Assembly: GCF_963921235.1 (NCBI RefSeq)
Contig: NC_086097.1
Location: 188,420,001 to 188,484,000 of the forward strand
DNA from: Mobula hypostoma
Taxonomy: Eukaryota
Direction: 5' to 3'
DNA: 64,000 nucleotides
Under the pieces are notes generated by a model, which made no database searches, was not told the origin of the DNA, and saw nothing but the letters and a program-made list of their open reading frames with translations. The position numbers were made by a program, and so were the translations under genes. Shown piece by piece: positions 40,801-54,142 of this stretch. How positions within the stretch are numbered: the first letter of the stretch is position 1; every line of letters begins with the position of its first letter.

Positions 40801-41045
40801 TTTGTGTCCCTGCTTATCACCCAACTGCCTCACCCCCTACTCCAGCTCTCCCACTCCCATCTGCCCATCAACCTACATTCCCCCTTGCTCATCAACTATC
40901 TTCTGGCCAGTCTCACCCCTCTGCTTCATTCCTCTCCTCACTCAGTCCTGCCTGAGGAAGGGCCTTAACCTGAAACATTACTAATTCCTTTACTTGCACA
41001 GAGGCTATTGGACCTGAGTTGCGCCAGATTCCAGCAACTTCAGTC
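40800..41045 (+). mobile_element. Penelope terminal-repeat fragment with hammerhead-like core
   Basis: Pyrimidine-rich stretch followed by CTGAGGA-AGGGCCTTAACCT-GAAAC (40952-40976). Confidence 0.55.
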
Positions 41046-41064
41046 CCTTGTGTTCCGCTATATA

Positions 41065-42000
41065 ATTGTCAATAACTCCATATACTGCGTTGCCACGCAC
41101 AGCTCCGATCTGCTGATCAAATTTGCAGATGATACATCGATAGGCCTTATTTCCAACAGTGATGAGGCAGCCTATCCAGGAGAAGTAAACGCCCTGACAC
41201 AGCGGTGCCAAAAAAGCCTCTCCCTCAATGTCGCAAAAACAAAGGAGTTGATCGTGGATTACAGGAGGAACGGAGACAGGCTAGCCCCTGTTGACGTCAA
41301 TGGAACTGTAGTTGAGAGGGTGAGTAGTTTCAAGTTCCTCGGTATACACATCACCGAGGATCTCACCTGAACCGTACATACCGGCTGAGTGGTGAAAAAA
41401 AAGCGCGAAAACGCCTCCTTCACCTCAGACAGCTGAAGAAATTCGGCACAAGTTCCCAAATCATCAGGACCTTCTACAGGGGCACCATCGAGAGCGTCCT
41501 GACTGGTTGTCTTCGCCTGGTACGGGAACTGTACTATCCTCAATCACAGGACACGGCAGAGAGTGCGGACAGCCCAGCGCATCTGTGGACGTGAACTTGT
41601 CCTCTATTCTGCACATTTGCAGCAGCAGGTGCGTAAAAAGGGCCGGAACGCTCATCAGGGACTCCAGCCACCCAGCGACAAACTGTTTCAGCTGCAACCG
41701 TCTGGCAAACGGTACCGCAGCATTAAGGCCAGAACCGACAGGCTCCGGGGCAGCTCCCTTCTCCAGGCCATCAGATTTATCAATGCATATTGATCTGAAT
41801 GCAAATCTGACTGTACATTGATCTGATTGTATATCTGACTGTACATACACATCTACAAAACAATTAAGTATGCAATCTTGGTGTTTGGGCAATATCCTCC
41901 TACATTTCCCCCTCTTTATTGCTTGTATTTTGCGACGGAGACGCAACATAAAGATTGTTACTCCCTTGGATGCAAGAAACAAAATAAATGCAAATACAAA
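41065..42000 (+). mobile_element. Rex-Babar-like LINE (RT C-terminus and 3'UTR)
   Basis: LIKFADDTSIG, AKTKELIVDYRR, LQPSGKRYRSIK. Confidence 0.88.
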
Positions 42001-42203
42001 TGTACGAAAGAAAACTTCGGAAAGCATCTTAACAGATAATTAAACACCCAAATACTCTGACATGAGACTGACCGCTCCACCTAGCCCAATCGAAAAACAG
42101 CTCACCCTTTCATTTCACTGCAGTACTGGACTGTAAACAAGCCCCACTGCAGCATAGGCAAGACAGCACATCAGCCACTCCCAATACCCAATCTTATCCA
42201 CAC

Positions 42204-42431
42204 CAACACACACAAAATGCTAGAGGAACTCAGCAGGCCAGTTGGCATCAATGGGAAAAGAGTACAGTCTACTTTTCGGGCCGAGACCCTAAGTTCAGAA
42301 TTTTGATGAAGGGTCTTGGCCCGAAATGTCGACTGTACTCGTTTCTATAGATGCTGCCGGGCCTGCCGAGTTCCTACAGCATTTTGTGTGCGTTGCTTGG
42401 ATATCCAGCATCTGCAGATTCCCTCTTATTT
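42204..42431. mobile_element. Palindromic mini-element built from two inverted Penelope termini
   Basis: Inverted arms of about 87 bp matching 56682-56800. Confidence 0.85.
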
Positions 42432-42599
42432 GACATCAATATATTTTTATTATTTAAAGGAATATGATCTGAGCCTATGGATATGAATCGAAAGGACTAA
42501 ATAGATCAATGCATGACACAAGTTAAATAAAATCAAGAAAACAGAATCGGTAAATTTCGCAAGAGAGGGCTTCAGAGGCTACAATAACAATGCAAATAG

Positions 42600-44100
42600 T
42601 ACATTAAAATAGAGACATAGATGTGTCAAAAATATTCGAAACTACCAAGTCGGCACCAATTTTTGTTACTGTAATTTATTATTCATCTTGTAGCGCACGG
42701 GTCGGCCAAAAACATCCGTTTCTTTATTGTACTTTTTTTTTAAAAAGACGAGTTGCTAGCTCGACGTTTAACCCAGTACGGATGGAAAAAGTAAAAGTAA
42801 AAGGAACAAGACTCAAACCCAACACCACTCGCTTCCAAGTCCGGTGCTGATGCCACTACACCACCAATCAACTTAGCATAAATTAGATCACCTTTTAATT
42901 GACTGTGCAAGATTTTGTGTGAGAATCCTGGCAGTAGTGGTAGTAGAAATGTTTAAATAATAAAATTCGTGAATTACATTGTATACACGTTCACGCGACA
43001 AGCGCGTAAGCAAAAGAATCATTTAATTATTAAAGACAAAAAGTAGTTCAAAAGTGGATTCTTGGATATCACAGGGAACAGTTCCTCCCACGTCCCTCCC
43101 TCCCTCCGCCCTCACGCAACAGCGCGATCCGGGGTAGTTTAGGATACATCTAGTCCCATCATCAAACCCGGGATTCATTGTGCCATTCATTAGCGACGAA
43201 TGAATATCTATCCCGCGTTTTATTAGGTGGTGGTGGTTTTAACGTCGTATTGTTTTATAACTGTTAAGTTATTGCGATATTTAGATTCCTTTCCTGGATC
43301 TCTACCAGAGTCCACATCATACGTCAAAACCCTCAGACTGGGAATGTGTTTCAGATTTGAACAACCAGTTAGGAGATATGATCTTTCAGAACCTGGCCAC
43401 ATCCACTTACAACCTACGCCAAAATCTTCACTCGTATTAACGTTGAGGCAATGGATTGCCTATTCCATATTCACGACCCCAACTCCCCCCCAAAAAACAC
43501 CGCACAAACCGGACCATCCAGCACCCGAGGCCCTGGCTCCTCGCCCTAGGATCAATACAGTCCTTACTGGCGTGACAACGCCCAGAAAGTTTCAACTCGG
43601 TCATTAAACATACATCTTAATATTTGGCCCGCATTTTAGTCTATCTGATAGACATTATCAGCAAAGTAGCTTCTCAGAAACGGTCTTACAACTTACCTGA
43701 TAAAGTTACCCCAAACTCCCAAAACAACTCCTTTCAGACTGCAGTTTATTTTAACAGCCACTGACTGGGTAGAGCAAATAGGAAAACAATAATTAAGGCT
43801 GCAGAAAGATCTCTTCGTTGCAAAGATTTATTGTTTATCCCGATCGATAGCCAGACAAAAATAAATACGGCGATCGACTGCCCACCGCGAGTTTCCGTGG
43901 CGGACAAGAGCCTGCCTACTGCAAACACTGCGCATGTCTCTACGTACGCTCGGCCGTCTGTCAACTTCTGGGAGATGACTCAAAGTTCGTTAAAACTTGT
44001 CGCAACTCCACGTAGCCTACTAATCGGATATTAGTTAGTAAACTGAAGTTTCGGAGAATTCTCTGAAACAATTTGGCTTTCTCGCCCTTACTTCCAGCTT
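42600..44100 (-). promoter_or_regulatory. CpG-enriched putative promoter and non-coding exon 1 of copine gene A (donor after 43697)
   Basis: Mostly unique sequence with many CpGs in an otherwise CpG-depleted window; perfect minus-strand donor CAG|GTAAGT; lies between the end of gene B and the ATG exon of gene A. Confidence 0.65.
42745..42868 (-). mobile_element. Short tRNA-derived SINE
   Basis: GGTGGTGTAGTGG A box and GGGTTTGAGTC degenerate B box; no cloverleaf. Confidence 0.55.
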
Positions 44101-44431
44101 AAATACTTTGGTAATTTGTTTTGCTCATTTTCAGAATCTGGTTGTCGTCAGTAAGGGAAGCATTGCCCATCCCCCAATTGCTGATAATCAACCACATTCT
44201 TAAGCATCTCATAGAAATACTTTCACAGAATCTGGGGCGAGGCGTTACAGAAAGTAGATGAAGTGGCCACAGGAAACAGTGATGTATTTCCAAATCAGGA
44301 TGGTATGTGATTTGGAGCAGAACCTGTCACCCTCAGTCTTTTTGCTGATAAAAGTCACGAGTTTGGGAATTGCTTTCGAGCAGCTTCAGCTTCTGGGAGC
44401 GAATAAGTAATTGGGGAGAATGAAAGTGCCA

Positions 44432-45115
44432 ATCAGGTTGAATCGAATTGACTTTATTACTTACATCCTTCACACACACGAGGAGTAAAAATCTGTACAT
44501 TACGTGTCCATCTAAATGTTCAATTTATAGTAATCTGTAATAAATAGTCTGTACAACAGGACAGTCAATATAACACAGAAATACAATTGTATCATCATGA
44601 ATTAAGCAATCTGATGGTCTGATGGAAGAAGCTGTCCCGGAACCTGTTGGTCCTGGCTTTTACGCTGCGGTACCGTTTCCCGGATGGTAGCAGCTGGAAC
44701 AATTCGGGCCCCTTTTACACACCTGTTTCAGTAAATGACCTGAATAGTGGGAATTTCACATCTACACACGCAGAATCTTGCGACTGAGGGAAGTACAGTT
44801 CCCATACCAGGCAGTGATGCTACCAGTCAAGATGCTCTCAATAGTGCCCCGGTAGAAAGTTCTTAGGATTTGGAGACTCCATCCCAAACTTCTTCAACCG
44901 TCTGAAGTGAAAGAGGCGGTTTTGTACAGCCCACGTGAAAACCTCGGTGATGTTTATGCCGAGGAATTTAAAGCTGTTAACCCTCTCAACCCCAGATTTA
45001 TTGATGACAATAGGGGTGAACCTGTCTCCATTCCTCCCGCAAGTCCACAACCAGCCCCTTTGTTTTTTGCGACATTGAGGGAGAGGTTGTTTTCTTGACA
45101 CCTCTGTGTCAGGGA
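44432..45115 (-). mobile_element. Rex-Babar-like LINE 3' part
   Basis: VERVNSFKFLGINITE; LPSGKRYRSV. Confidence 0.85.
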
Positions 45116-45996
45116 TCTCAGATGTCACATTTATTCCAAATTGTAGATTTGTAAAAAGAAGAAGACATTCAGAGCAAAAGTGGGACTTTCACAAATATGT
45201 GTGAGAATTTATTATTAGGAATAAAGAGAATATCATAGAAATTAAGGCAGCACAACATTTGCTAAGAACATTATTTAAGCAACAGTCTAGCAATAATGAA
45301 GGAGATTGTTTGGATTTTAAGAAATGCAGACGTGGTTGGTGGAACTTAAAAAGCTGATAAATCCCAAACACCCAATGATCTACATCCCAAAATTTTGAAA
45401 TAGGTAGCTATAAGGTTGATGGTTATCATCTTTCAACAATGGACTCTGGTATGATTCCTGCAGTTTAGGTAGTGGTTCCACTATTTAAGAATTGAGGGAA
45501 AGAGAAAACTAGGAACAAGCAACTCCTTGACTATCTCAAGAAGAAAAACATTAGAACCCCAGCTTGGATACCCTAAGCTATCTATTTCTGTGCCCAGGAA
45601 TTTTGCACAGTACTGTAGTACTTTTATGTATTACACTGTATTGCTACCACAAAAACAAATCATAACATCTGTGAATGATGAGAACCCGATGCTGATTTGG
45701 GTCTCTGTTGCGGACTGAGAGTGGGAAGGGGGCAGGGAGAGAGTGGGAAGCACCAGGCAGACATTCTATAAAGATCAATAAACCAATAGTTTGGAATAAA
45801 ATGTCCTTGCCTGGTGCCTCAGAGCTGGGTGCGTCTACACCCATGCCAGCCCCCCCTGCCCCCAACAACCCTTCTCTGCCACCTGTTCCACACCCCACCC
45901 ACAGCACTCCACTCTTGCCATTCTCAATATCCTTTGCTACTCCCCCCCCAACCCCCCAGATTTATAAACTTGCTCTCTGCTCCACGATGACTAATC

Positions 45997-46063
45997 TAGT
46001 CCTGTGTAGGAGTCTTAGGCACATATGTATAGCTAGAGTGCCAAAGACTTTTGCACAGCACTG
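45997..46063. mobile_element. Tc1/mariner-type mini-MITE (~67 bp); a further TIR copy at about 45590-45616
   Basis: GTCCTGTGTAGGAGTCTTAGGCAC ... GTGCCAAAGACTTTTGCACAGCACTG-TA. Confidence 0.6.
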
Positions 46064-46384
46064 TATAATGATGTAAAAAGAACAGAATACTTTGAGAAGA
46101 GTATTAGGATCGAGCAGAGCCTTCACAGGAAAGAAAACTCACATTTGAATAAATTACTATAATTCTTTGATGGCCTGCCAAATAGGGATAAACTACTGGA
46201 GGATGTGGTATACTGTAGTTAGATTTTCAGGAAGCTTTTGTTTAGGCCTCACACAGATTTGCCAATGGGCTATGAGCAGTTGAGCAGAGATAAAGAACTG
46301 GTTAACAGAAGAAAGAAAGGCTGGGATTAAACAGTCCCTTTCCTTCTGAGGTTTGCGGGCTGTGACTTGTGTGGACGAGATGTG

Positions 46385-47030
46385 TAGAACATAGAAGACT
46401 ACAGCACAGGAATGTGTATGCTGACCATGATGCCAAATTAAACCAATCCCATCTGCCTGCATATGATCCATACCCCTCCATTATCTGCTTGGTCATGTTC
46501 TTGTCTAAATGTCTTAAACTTCACCATTATATCTGTTTCTATCACCACCACTGTCCTGTTCCCCACAGCACATACCAGGCATCTAACACTCTGTCTAAAC
46601 AACCTCTTTTCCACTTTTACCTTTAAGCTATGTCCCATAGTTCTGGCATTGCAACCCTGGGAAAAAGACTATTATATCTATGCCTCTCATATTTTTATAC
46701 ACTTAGATCAAGTCTCCACTTTGCCTCTGGCACTCGAGAGAAAACAATACTAAGTTTTGCAGCCTCTCCTTGTATCTAATACTCCATAATCCAAGTAATG
46801 TTGTAGTGTCTCCTTCTGTATCTTCTTCAAAACCACATTCTTCCTGTAATAGAGCAGCCAGAACTGCACACAATACACCAAGTGTGCCTTCACTAAAATT
46901 TTTTGTAGAACTGCAACCTGACTACATGACTTTTGTTGTCAATGCCCTTACCAATGAAGGTAGGGGCATGCTGTATGCTTTCTTTCTCACCCTATTGACT
47001 TGCATTGCCACTTTGAGAGCTACAGAAATC
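46385..47030 (-). mobile_element. CR1 3' fragment
   Basis: LKVAMQVNRVRKKAYSML; GHSLKVK. Confidence 0.8.
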
Positions 47031-47424
47031 TGAATCATGCTAGAAGCCATTGCAGAACAGGCAGCATTCAAAAGGTTAATTCTGTTTTCATAGATGCTGC
47101 TTGATTGGCTAAGTGATTTCATCATTTCTGTATCTGTTTTAAAGACCTTCTGAAATGTATCGGTTGTTAACTTTACCTCATTAACATTTTCTAGTCATAA
47201 TGTTGTAAAAATCAAAATGTGTTGTTTATTTGAACAAGGATGTTACTTCTGACTATTAAGTTTTGATGAAATAGTCACATAATTTTAGGCAATCACCAAT
47301 TCCTTCAATATTACAGCTTAATATGGAAAAAAAAAGACATTTCAGAACGAATAAGCAGTACCAAGGGAAATAGAGTTAATTTTACCTTAATTGTTTTAAC
47401 AGTCTGCAACTCAACATTGTCAAA

Positions 47425-47635
47425 TAAAATGCTGGAAGCACTCAGCAGGCCAGGCAGCATCTATGGAACTGAGTAAACAGTTGACGTTTTGGGCCGAGAT
47501 CCTTCACAAGTCCTGATAAAGGCTCACGGCCCAAAATGTCGACTGTACTCTTTTCCATAGATGCTGCCTGGCCTGCTGAGTTCCTCCAGCATTTTGTGTG
47601 TGTTGTTTGGATTTCTAGTATCTGCAGATTTGCTC
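47425..47635. mobile_element. Palindromic mini-element of two inverted Penelope termini
   Basis: AAAATGCTGGAAGCACTCAGCAGGCCAGGCAGCATCTATGGAA is inverted relative to TTCCATAGATGCTGCCTGGCCTGCTGAGTTCCTCCAGCATTTT. Confidence 0.85.
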
Positions 47636-47901
47636 ATCTGTCAGACAAATGGTTCTTTCAAATACGACCTTAAAAGGTATAGTGATAAATTATTGAATGA
47701 CATAAATGTGTTAATGTAAAACTAACAGTGGTCCAATGAACCAATGCAAAGACAAAAATAACCATTTAAAATTCAGTAGTATGCTCTGTAGACAGCTTTA
47801 TCATGCCCAGAATTGTCAGTAACTGTTTACATTCTTATTTTTCCCAATTCCATTTCTGCATTTACAAACTCATTGGATGACTAGTTGGAGTTTTTGGCAC
47901 T

Positions 47902-47907
47902 TTTATT
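47902..47907 (-). terminator. Putative AATAAA polyadenylation signal of copine gene B (second candidate at 47225-47230)
   Basis: TTTATT on the plus strand about 800 nt after the stop codon, in AT-rich UTR-like sequence. Confidence 0.5.
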
Positions 47908-48698
47908 CAATATAAAGTTACAATATACTTTCGATACAATTATCTCAAATGACATGTGTACTGTATATTTGTAGATATAGCAGAATTGCCACACAGCTGC
48001 TGGGCAGCTGGCATCTTTTAAGGTCATAAAATACTTTTACTCCATGCTTATCTGATTTCAGGAATATATATTTAAACTTTAATATATTTAGAAATTTTAG
48101 TAAGCAAGAATGGAAAGAAGTAGAGAGATTAAATTAAAGTTAATTGCAGACATTTGGTAATTGTGTAAAGGACCATCTACCAAGGTCCAAATGACTGATA
48201 TGCTATACTCTCCAAACCATAGGAAGAATGTTACGGTGTCTGACAGCTTACATGTTATTCAGCTTTAAGGTTATCTTTAAAGAAATGGAATATATTCAAC
48301 AATTATTTAAAAATATCAATACACTTAGGGCTCTATTTCAAAAGCATGTATTTCATATTTAGTTATTTGACTCCAATCTAAAAGTGCAAAATCTGTACAT
48401 TACAAATAAAAATAAAACTTGTAAAATATGTAACAAATTTTAAAAGGGAGGATGAGATGAGATACAGTCCTGAATGATCATTTTACTGAATTTTCAAGGC
48501 ACTGCAAAAATATTGCACAAATCATTTAATTTGGTCAATTTTGTTATTTTTTAAGTTACTCAAAACATTAGTCAAAATGGACCTCTTAATACATGTAAAA
48601 CATTTCTATCATGCATTTTAAACACTGTAATGCTGGCAGAACCAAAAGATTCCTGTACTTTGGGGAATTTTCCATATGCCATACTGCATTTCCAAAAC

Positions 48699-48806
48699 TT
48701 AAGAAGGTGGTTCATTGGGAGGTTGGAGCTTGCGGGTGTTGAAGTAACACACCACTTGCTGAGGTAATTCAGCGAGGACACTCTGTGCAAGAACTTCTTT
48801 AGGTGC
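48699..48806 (-). CDS. cpne3: Copine-3-like gene B, terminal coding exon ([35 protein letters not shown])
   Basis: ACAG acceptor, 108 nt to TAA; resembles the CPNE3 C-terminus [23 protein letters not shown]. Confidence 0.94.
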   Translation of the reverse strand, partial: APKEVLAQSVLAELPQQVVCYFNTRKLQPPNEPPS

Positions 48807-50187
48807 CTGTTAAATGAGAGAAAAATACAAATACTTTTAAAAAGAGCAACCATGAACAAAAAAATACTAAAGACAGATAACACAACACATTTTCGGTCAT
48901 TACGGAATGAGTCCCATCTCTATCTGATATGGGCCATTACCCTCATATCAGGCCTTAAGAAAAGACTATCCAACTAGTTGTGTTCCACATATCACTGCAT
49001 TTTCCCCCCTCTGCTCAAATACGCTTTAAATTCACTTTTAGGTGGCGAATGCAAGATAAATAGAATTTCATCCATTAAAGCAAAATCTTCAGTCATTTGA
49101 AAAAAAATCACAAGGAAGACTATATACTGGAAAATTAAAAGAAAAAACTGAAAATGCTGGAAGTACTGGTTAGGTCATGTCTGTGGGAATAGAAATAGAG
49201 TTAATGCTTCAGTTTGAAGATCCTTCATCAAAACTGAAAAAGAAACAAGCTGCATGGAGAGTTGGCGGGGGTGGGGGGGGAAGAGGTGTCACGAGTCTCT
49301 GGTACATTGAAACCAGGGTGACCCTGAAAATAATCTTTAAGCAGTCATTGAGAGAATGAAGCAGTTGGAGAGCAAAAACATACGACAACAGTACTTGGGT
49401 GTTGCAAAACTCCAACAGATACAGCTCAACTTCCTGACTATTTCAAGCAATTTTATTTCAGAATTCTTTCAGTCATTTTGTCAACGGCCTTGCATCTATG
49501 AGCTGCCTTTACCAACCCTGCTGCTTGTGGAAGCAGCAGCTTCTTATTTAATTTTAGTACTGCTGCATACATCCTCCCCACCCCACTTTTTAAATTAAAT
49601 TTTATTTGTGAAAATGGAGGAAAAGCCAATCACTTTTGCCAGTCTATGACTTTCTATTTGTTTCAGCTTCTCCCATTTTCCTCCACGGGTGTTACCAATC
49701 TTGACGAATTCCTCCAGCGTTTTGTGTGTTACTACAGGTTACAAAATACCCGACATATGTACAATCCATACATTCAAAACTTTGGCATTTGGCAGACCGG
49801 CGTAATATATTTTCCAGATGTTTGCAGCTTCAAGCACGTTCTGAATATGATAACTCAGTTTGTGGCCACATTTTCAACTTATGAACTGTTCAGGTTATGA
49901 ACAGCTCCAAATTCCAGCACCCAGAGTTTGTTGTCGCCCCAAAACCAAATCATGTTCTTCACTTAAAGTATTCAACTCATGACCCAGTCTTCACTATGCA
50001 GCTATATCATAATAGGTACATTCCATGGCAGATTTTCTTTTATTTAAAAACATCAAAACCATCAAAATACTTACTCATTGTATAAATGTGTGTGGAAATA
50101 CATGATAATTTTTCAGCTACATTCAACAATTTCTGATTATACAATATTTTAATGTTTTTGTTACACAGAAACTGTGAAGCAGACTTA

Positions 50188-50532
<345 letters not shown>

Positions 50533-51142
50533 CTAGGTTCTTAGTGTACAATTTATTTACAAAAAATCATTGAAACACTTGAATAATATATTTTCCTACA
50601 ATTATGATAGATTGAAATTGATTTTTACTATATGCTTGCAATATTTAATTTAACCTGCTTTTATATGCAGATCTCTCAAGTAGAAGTGATAACAAAGTTT
50701 CCCAAAACAAAAGTAATAACAATTTGCTGCATTAAAGAAAAAAAATTTCCTCTTTTCCTCCGGCCATTTTGCCAATTACCTTAAACTTATGTTATTTTAA
50801 CTGAATTTTAAGAGGGTTCAGTATCTCAACAAAAAAAAATGCTGAACTGTCATTTTTAACACTATTACAAAGGAGACAGTATTTGTTCAGTGATTCTTCA
50901 GGAAGAAAGAACTTCTGGGATGTAACATGGATCAAGAAGTACCAACTTCATTCATGGACTGCAGTGAGCTAAACAAAAAAATTTGGGAACCCCCGATTTA
51001 GGATCAGCTTCTTCTCCTCTGCTAACAGATCTCTGAATGTTCCATGGACAATAAAATTCTTTCCTTCACTGCACTATTTTGTAATTTAGTAATTTTAGTG
51101 TCTTTGTACTGTACTGCTACTGGAAAACAAAGTTTCACATTA

Positions 51143-52030
51143 CAGTCGGCACTCCTTATCCGCGAGGGATTGGTTCCGGGACCCCTCGCAGATACCAAAA
51201 AACGCAGATGCTCAAGTCCCTTATTCAACCTGTCTCAATGCAGTGGACCTGAGGACCCAGCAGAACCCTGGACCTTATTTAACCTGTCTCAGTGCGGTGG
51301 GCATTAGGACCCGGTGGCGGAGCTCTAAATCCGCAGTGTTACTGTTCACAAAAATAATCACGATTGCGATTGAAAATAAGTGGAAATAATAAAGCGATCA
51401 GAAAGAGGTCATTGGAAAACCATTAGGCTACAGTAGGTCAACGATCGGAACAATTTTAAAGGATAAAATGAGAAAGGCCCTGCCCGATTAAAGCTACAAT
51501 TATTACTAAGCAACACAGTGGTTTAATTATTGGGTTTTGGGTTTTTGATCCTCCACATCAACCCGGCACAGATGGACAGCGCACTCGGGAGCGATCTGTC
51601 ACTGGATCGAACTCGGGAATTTCCGTTCCTGGCGCTGAAACATACGTTTCTTAAGTATTTTATATGCATAGAAAAGTAAAATATATACTATATACTAAGA
51701 CAAACGTTTGCTAACTGACGCTAAATAATACCAGATGTACCTGTTCCGACTTACTTAGTTAGAGAACTTCCGTTTTTTTCGATCCCGATCCACGATAACC
51801 TACGCACATCCTCCCGTATACTTTAAATCATCTCTAGATTACTTATAATACCTAATACAATGTAAATGCTATGTAAAATAGTTGTTATACTGCATTGTTT
51901 AGGGAATAATGACAAGAAAAGAAAGTCTGTACGTGTTCGAAAAACAAGAGCTGGAAGAGCACTTCCGGGTTTTCTCGATTCACAGTTGGTTGAATTCGCG
52001 CGTGCGGAACTCGCGGATGAGGGCCAACTG
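51143..52030 (+). mobile_element. Tigger-type non-autonomous transposon
   Basis: TA TSD; TIR CAGTCGGCACTC / GAGGGCCAACTG; internal ~55-bp tandem duplication at 51220-51315. Confidence 0.85.
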
Positions 52031-52789
52031 TATTTAAGTTAAATCTGACTCATCTTCATTCTTCCGAATCAGATTTGTTGTTACACACATTCCGCTACGA
52101 GTTATCCAAGTAGCTCCTGACAATGGCCTGAATATGCCCAGGAAATGTCAGAATTTGCCCACATAAATGCCCACACACCCCACATAACATGACAACAGTA
52201 ATTTATATCCAAACAGTTACAGTCAGTGTTCTGACAAGTTTAAGTGCTGAATTTCTCATGGATTTCACCAAATTTCCAGTTACCCTCATTTTATACTGGT
52301 TAGAGTGAAGGAATCCTACCACACAGTGCAGGAAATTTTTGTATCAGATTGGACCATATACAGGGACTGACTTTATCATGAAAATATAGTTGTGAGAGAC
52401 TTAAAATTAATACTTCAGGTTTTTTTTTAATTGTTTGGGTGCCTTTAAATATCCTAGAATTTTATTTTTTCAGATGTCTGAGTGTACCTGAACTTCATAA
52501 CCATTAAATGTTTGATATCTTTAACATTCAGCTAAGCCTGCTGTCGTCTTCTGTCCATATCAAGCAATTGCATGAACTCACAGCGATCAACTCAGCTCTG
52601 AACAAAGTTCACAGTTGGAGTACACATGATCACAAATTGGCATTGCGATTTTTGCCAGCAATATTTGATATCTTAGCCTACCATATGCTTTCTATGTTTA
52701 AGTTTTAAGGAATTCAGTCCATCACATCTAAGCTGACTCTCACTGCAAACTAATTCTCCAAATAATTTTCCCAGTAACCTTTTCAATCC

Positions 52790-52960
52790 AAATTCACTAC
52801 TCTCTTCCCATCCTACTAGGAGCAGTTTTCAGAGGCTAATCAACCACATCAGCTATTATCTTTTTGAAACATGGAAGGCAACCAGAGAATCTGGCCAAAA
52901 ACTCACTTGATTACAAGGAGAACAGGCCAATAACAATTCTGAAGAGATTCAAGGTCATTC
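52790..52960 (-). mobile_element. Old V-SINE
   Basis: Degenerate reverse complement of 1530-1640. Confidence 0.4.
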
Positions 52961-53454
52961 CAAGCACAACCAAGATAATGCAAGGAGATAAATATCAGAC
53001 AATGAATTTCCACGCTAAGCATGCATTGATAAAACCTCCCTTTTGAAACAACAGCTATATTTCTGAAATGTTCTTCTATTTGGGAGCACAAAACATACAT
53101 TACTGCACTGAACGTTCTGTTTAAACGTTCACAGGTGATGCCAGTATTTAAAATAGTTAATCGCCACTGCCTCCTCATTTTAGGGGCAGATAAGAATCAT
53201 CCACGTTAGTGTATCTAGTCAGATACAGATCAAATCAGGAAAGATTACTTTCTTAAATAGTGAGAACTTTTTTTTTAATCTTGATCATTGTTGCCTTTAG
53301 CATTAATTCCAGGTGTAATTACTTGTACAGTATTTATATTTTCCCAGGGATTTAAAGTTATGTCTCTGGACCTCTGGATGCAGGAGCATAACTTAGCCAC
53401 TACCCTGCTATACCCCATAAAGCTTAACCATATATCGCAAAGATTAAATTTCTG

Positions 53455-54020
53455 CTCTTATTCCCATTCTGACATGTCAGTCCATGGACTCCTCTATTGC
53501 TGCGATGAGGCCACACTCAAGACTGGAAGTGCAACCCCTTGTATTCTGTCTGGGTAGCCTTGAAACTGATGGCATGAACATTGATTTCTCGAAATTCCGG
53601 TAATGCTTCCCCACCCCCCCCCACCACACCCCTCACCATTCCCATTTTCCTCTCTCCCCTCACCCCTTGCCTGTCCATCACCTCCCTCTGATGCTCCTCC
53701 CACTTCCCTTTCTTCCATGGCCTGTCCTCTCCTATCAGATTCCCCCTTCTCCAGCCCTTTAATTCTTTCACCAATCAACTTCCCAGATCTTTACTTCACC
53801 GCTCCCCACCCCCTTCTGGCTTTACCTATCACCTACTACCTTGTATTTCTTCCTCCCCTCCCCCACTTTCTTACTCTGACTTCTCATCTTTTTTCTCCAG
53901 TTCTGATGAAGGGTCTGGGCCCGAAATGTCGACTGTTTACTCTTTTCCATAGATGCTGCCTGGCCTGCTGAGTTCTGCCATCATTTTGTGTGGATTTCCA
54001 GCATCTGCATCTGCAGATGT
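53455..54020 (+). mobile_element. Penelope 3' fragment (end of GIY-YIG and terminal repeat)
   Basis: SHSDMSVHGLLYCCDEATL; hammerhead motif at 53898-53935. Confidence 0.85.
53898..53935 (+). ncRNA. Minimal hammerhead ribozyme motif, second copy with intact core
   Basis: CAGTT-CTGATGA-A-GGG(TCTGGG)CCC-GAAAT-GTC^-GACTG. Confidence 0.65.
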
Positions 54021-54106
54021 CTGCACTTATTTCTCCATTAAAGGGGAACAATACTTTTATGCAACACACAAAGTTGTTGGTGAAGGCAGCAGGCCAGGCA
54101 GCATAC

Positions 54107-54142
54107 AGTCGACGTATCGGGCCGAGAACCTTCGTCAGGACT
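54107..54142 (-). ncRNA. Hammerhead motif with core mutation (GAAAC to GATAC), probably inactive
   Basis: Reverse complement reads AGTC-CTGACGA-AGGTTCTCGGCCC-GATAC-GTC-GACT. Confidence 0.6.
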
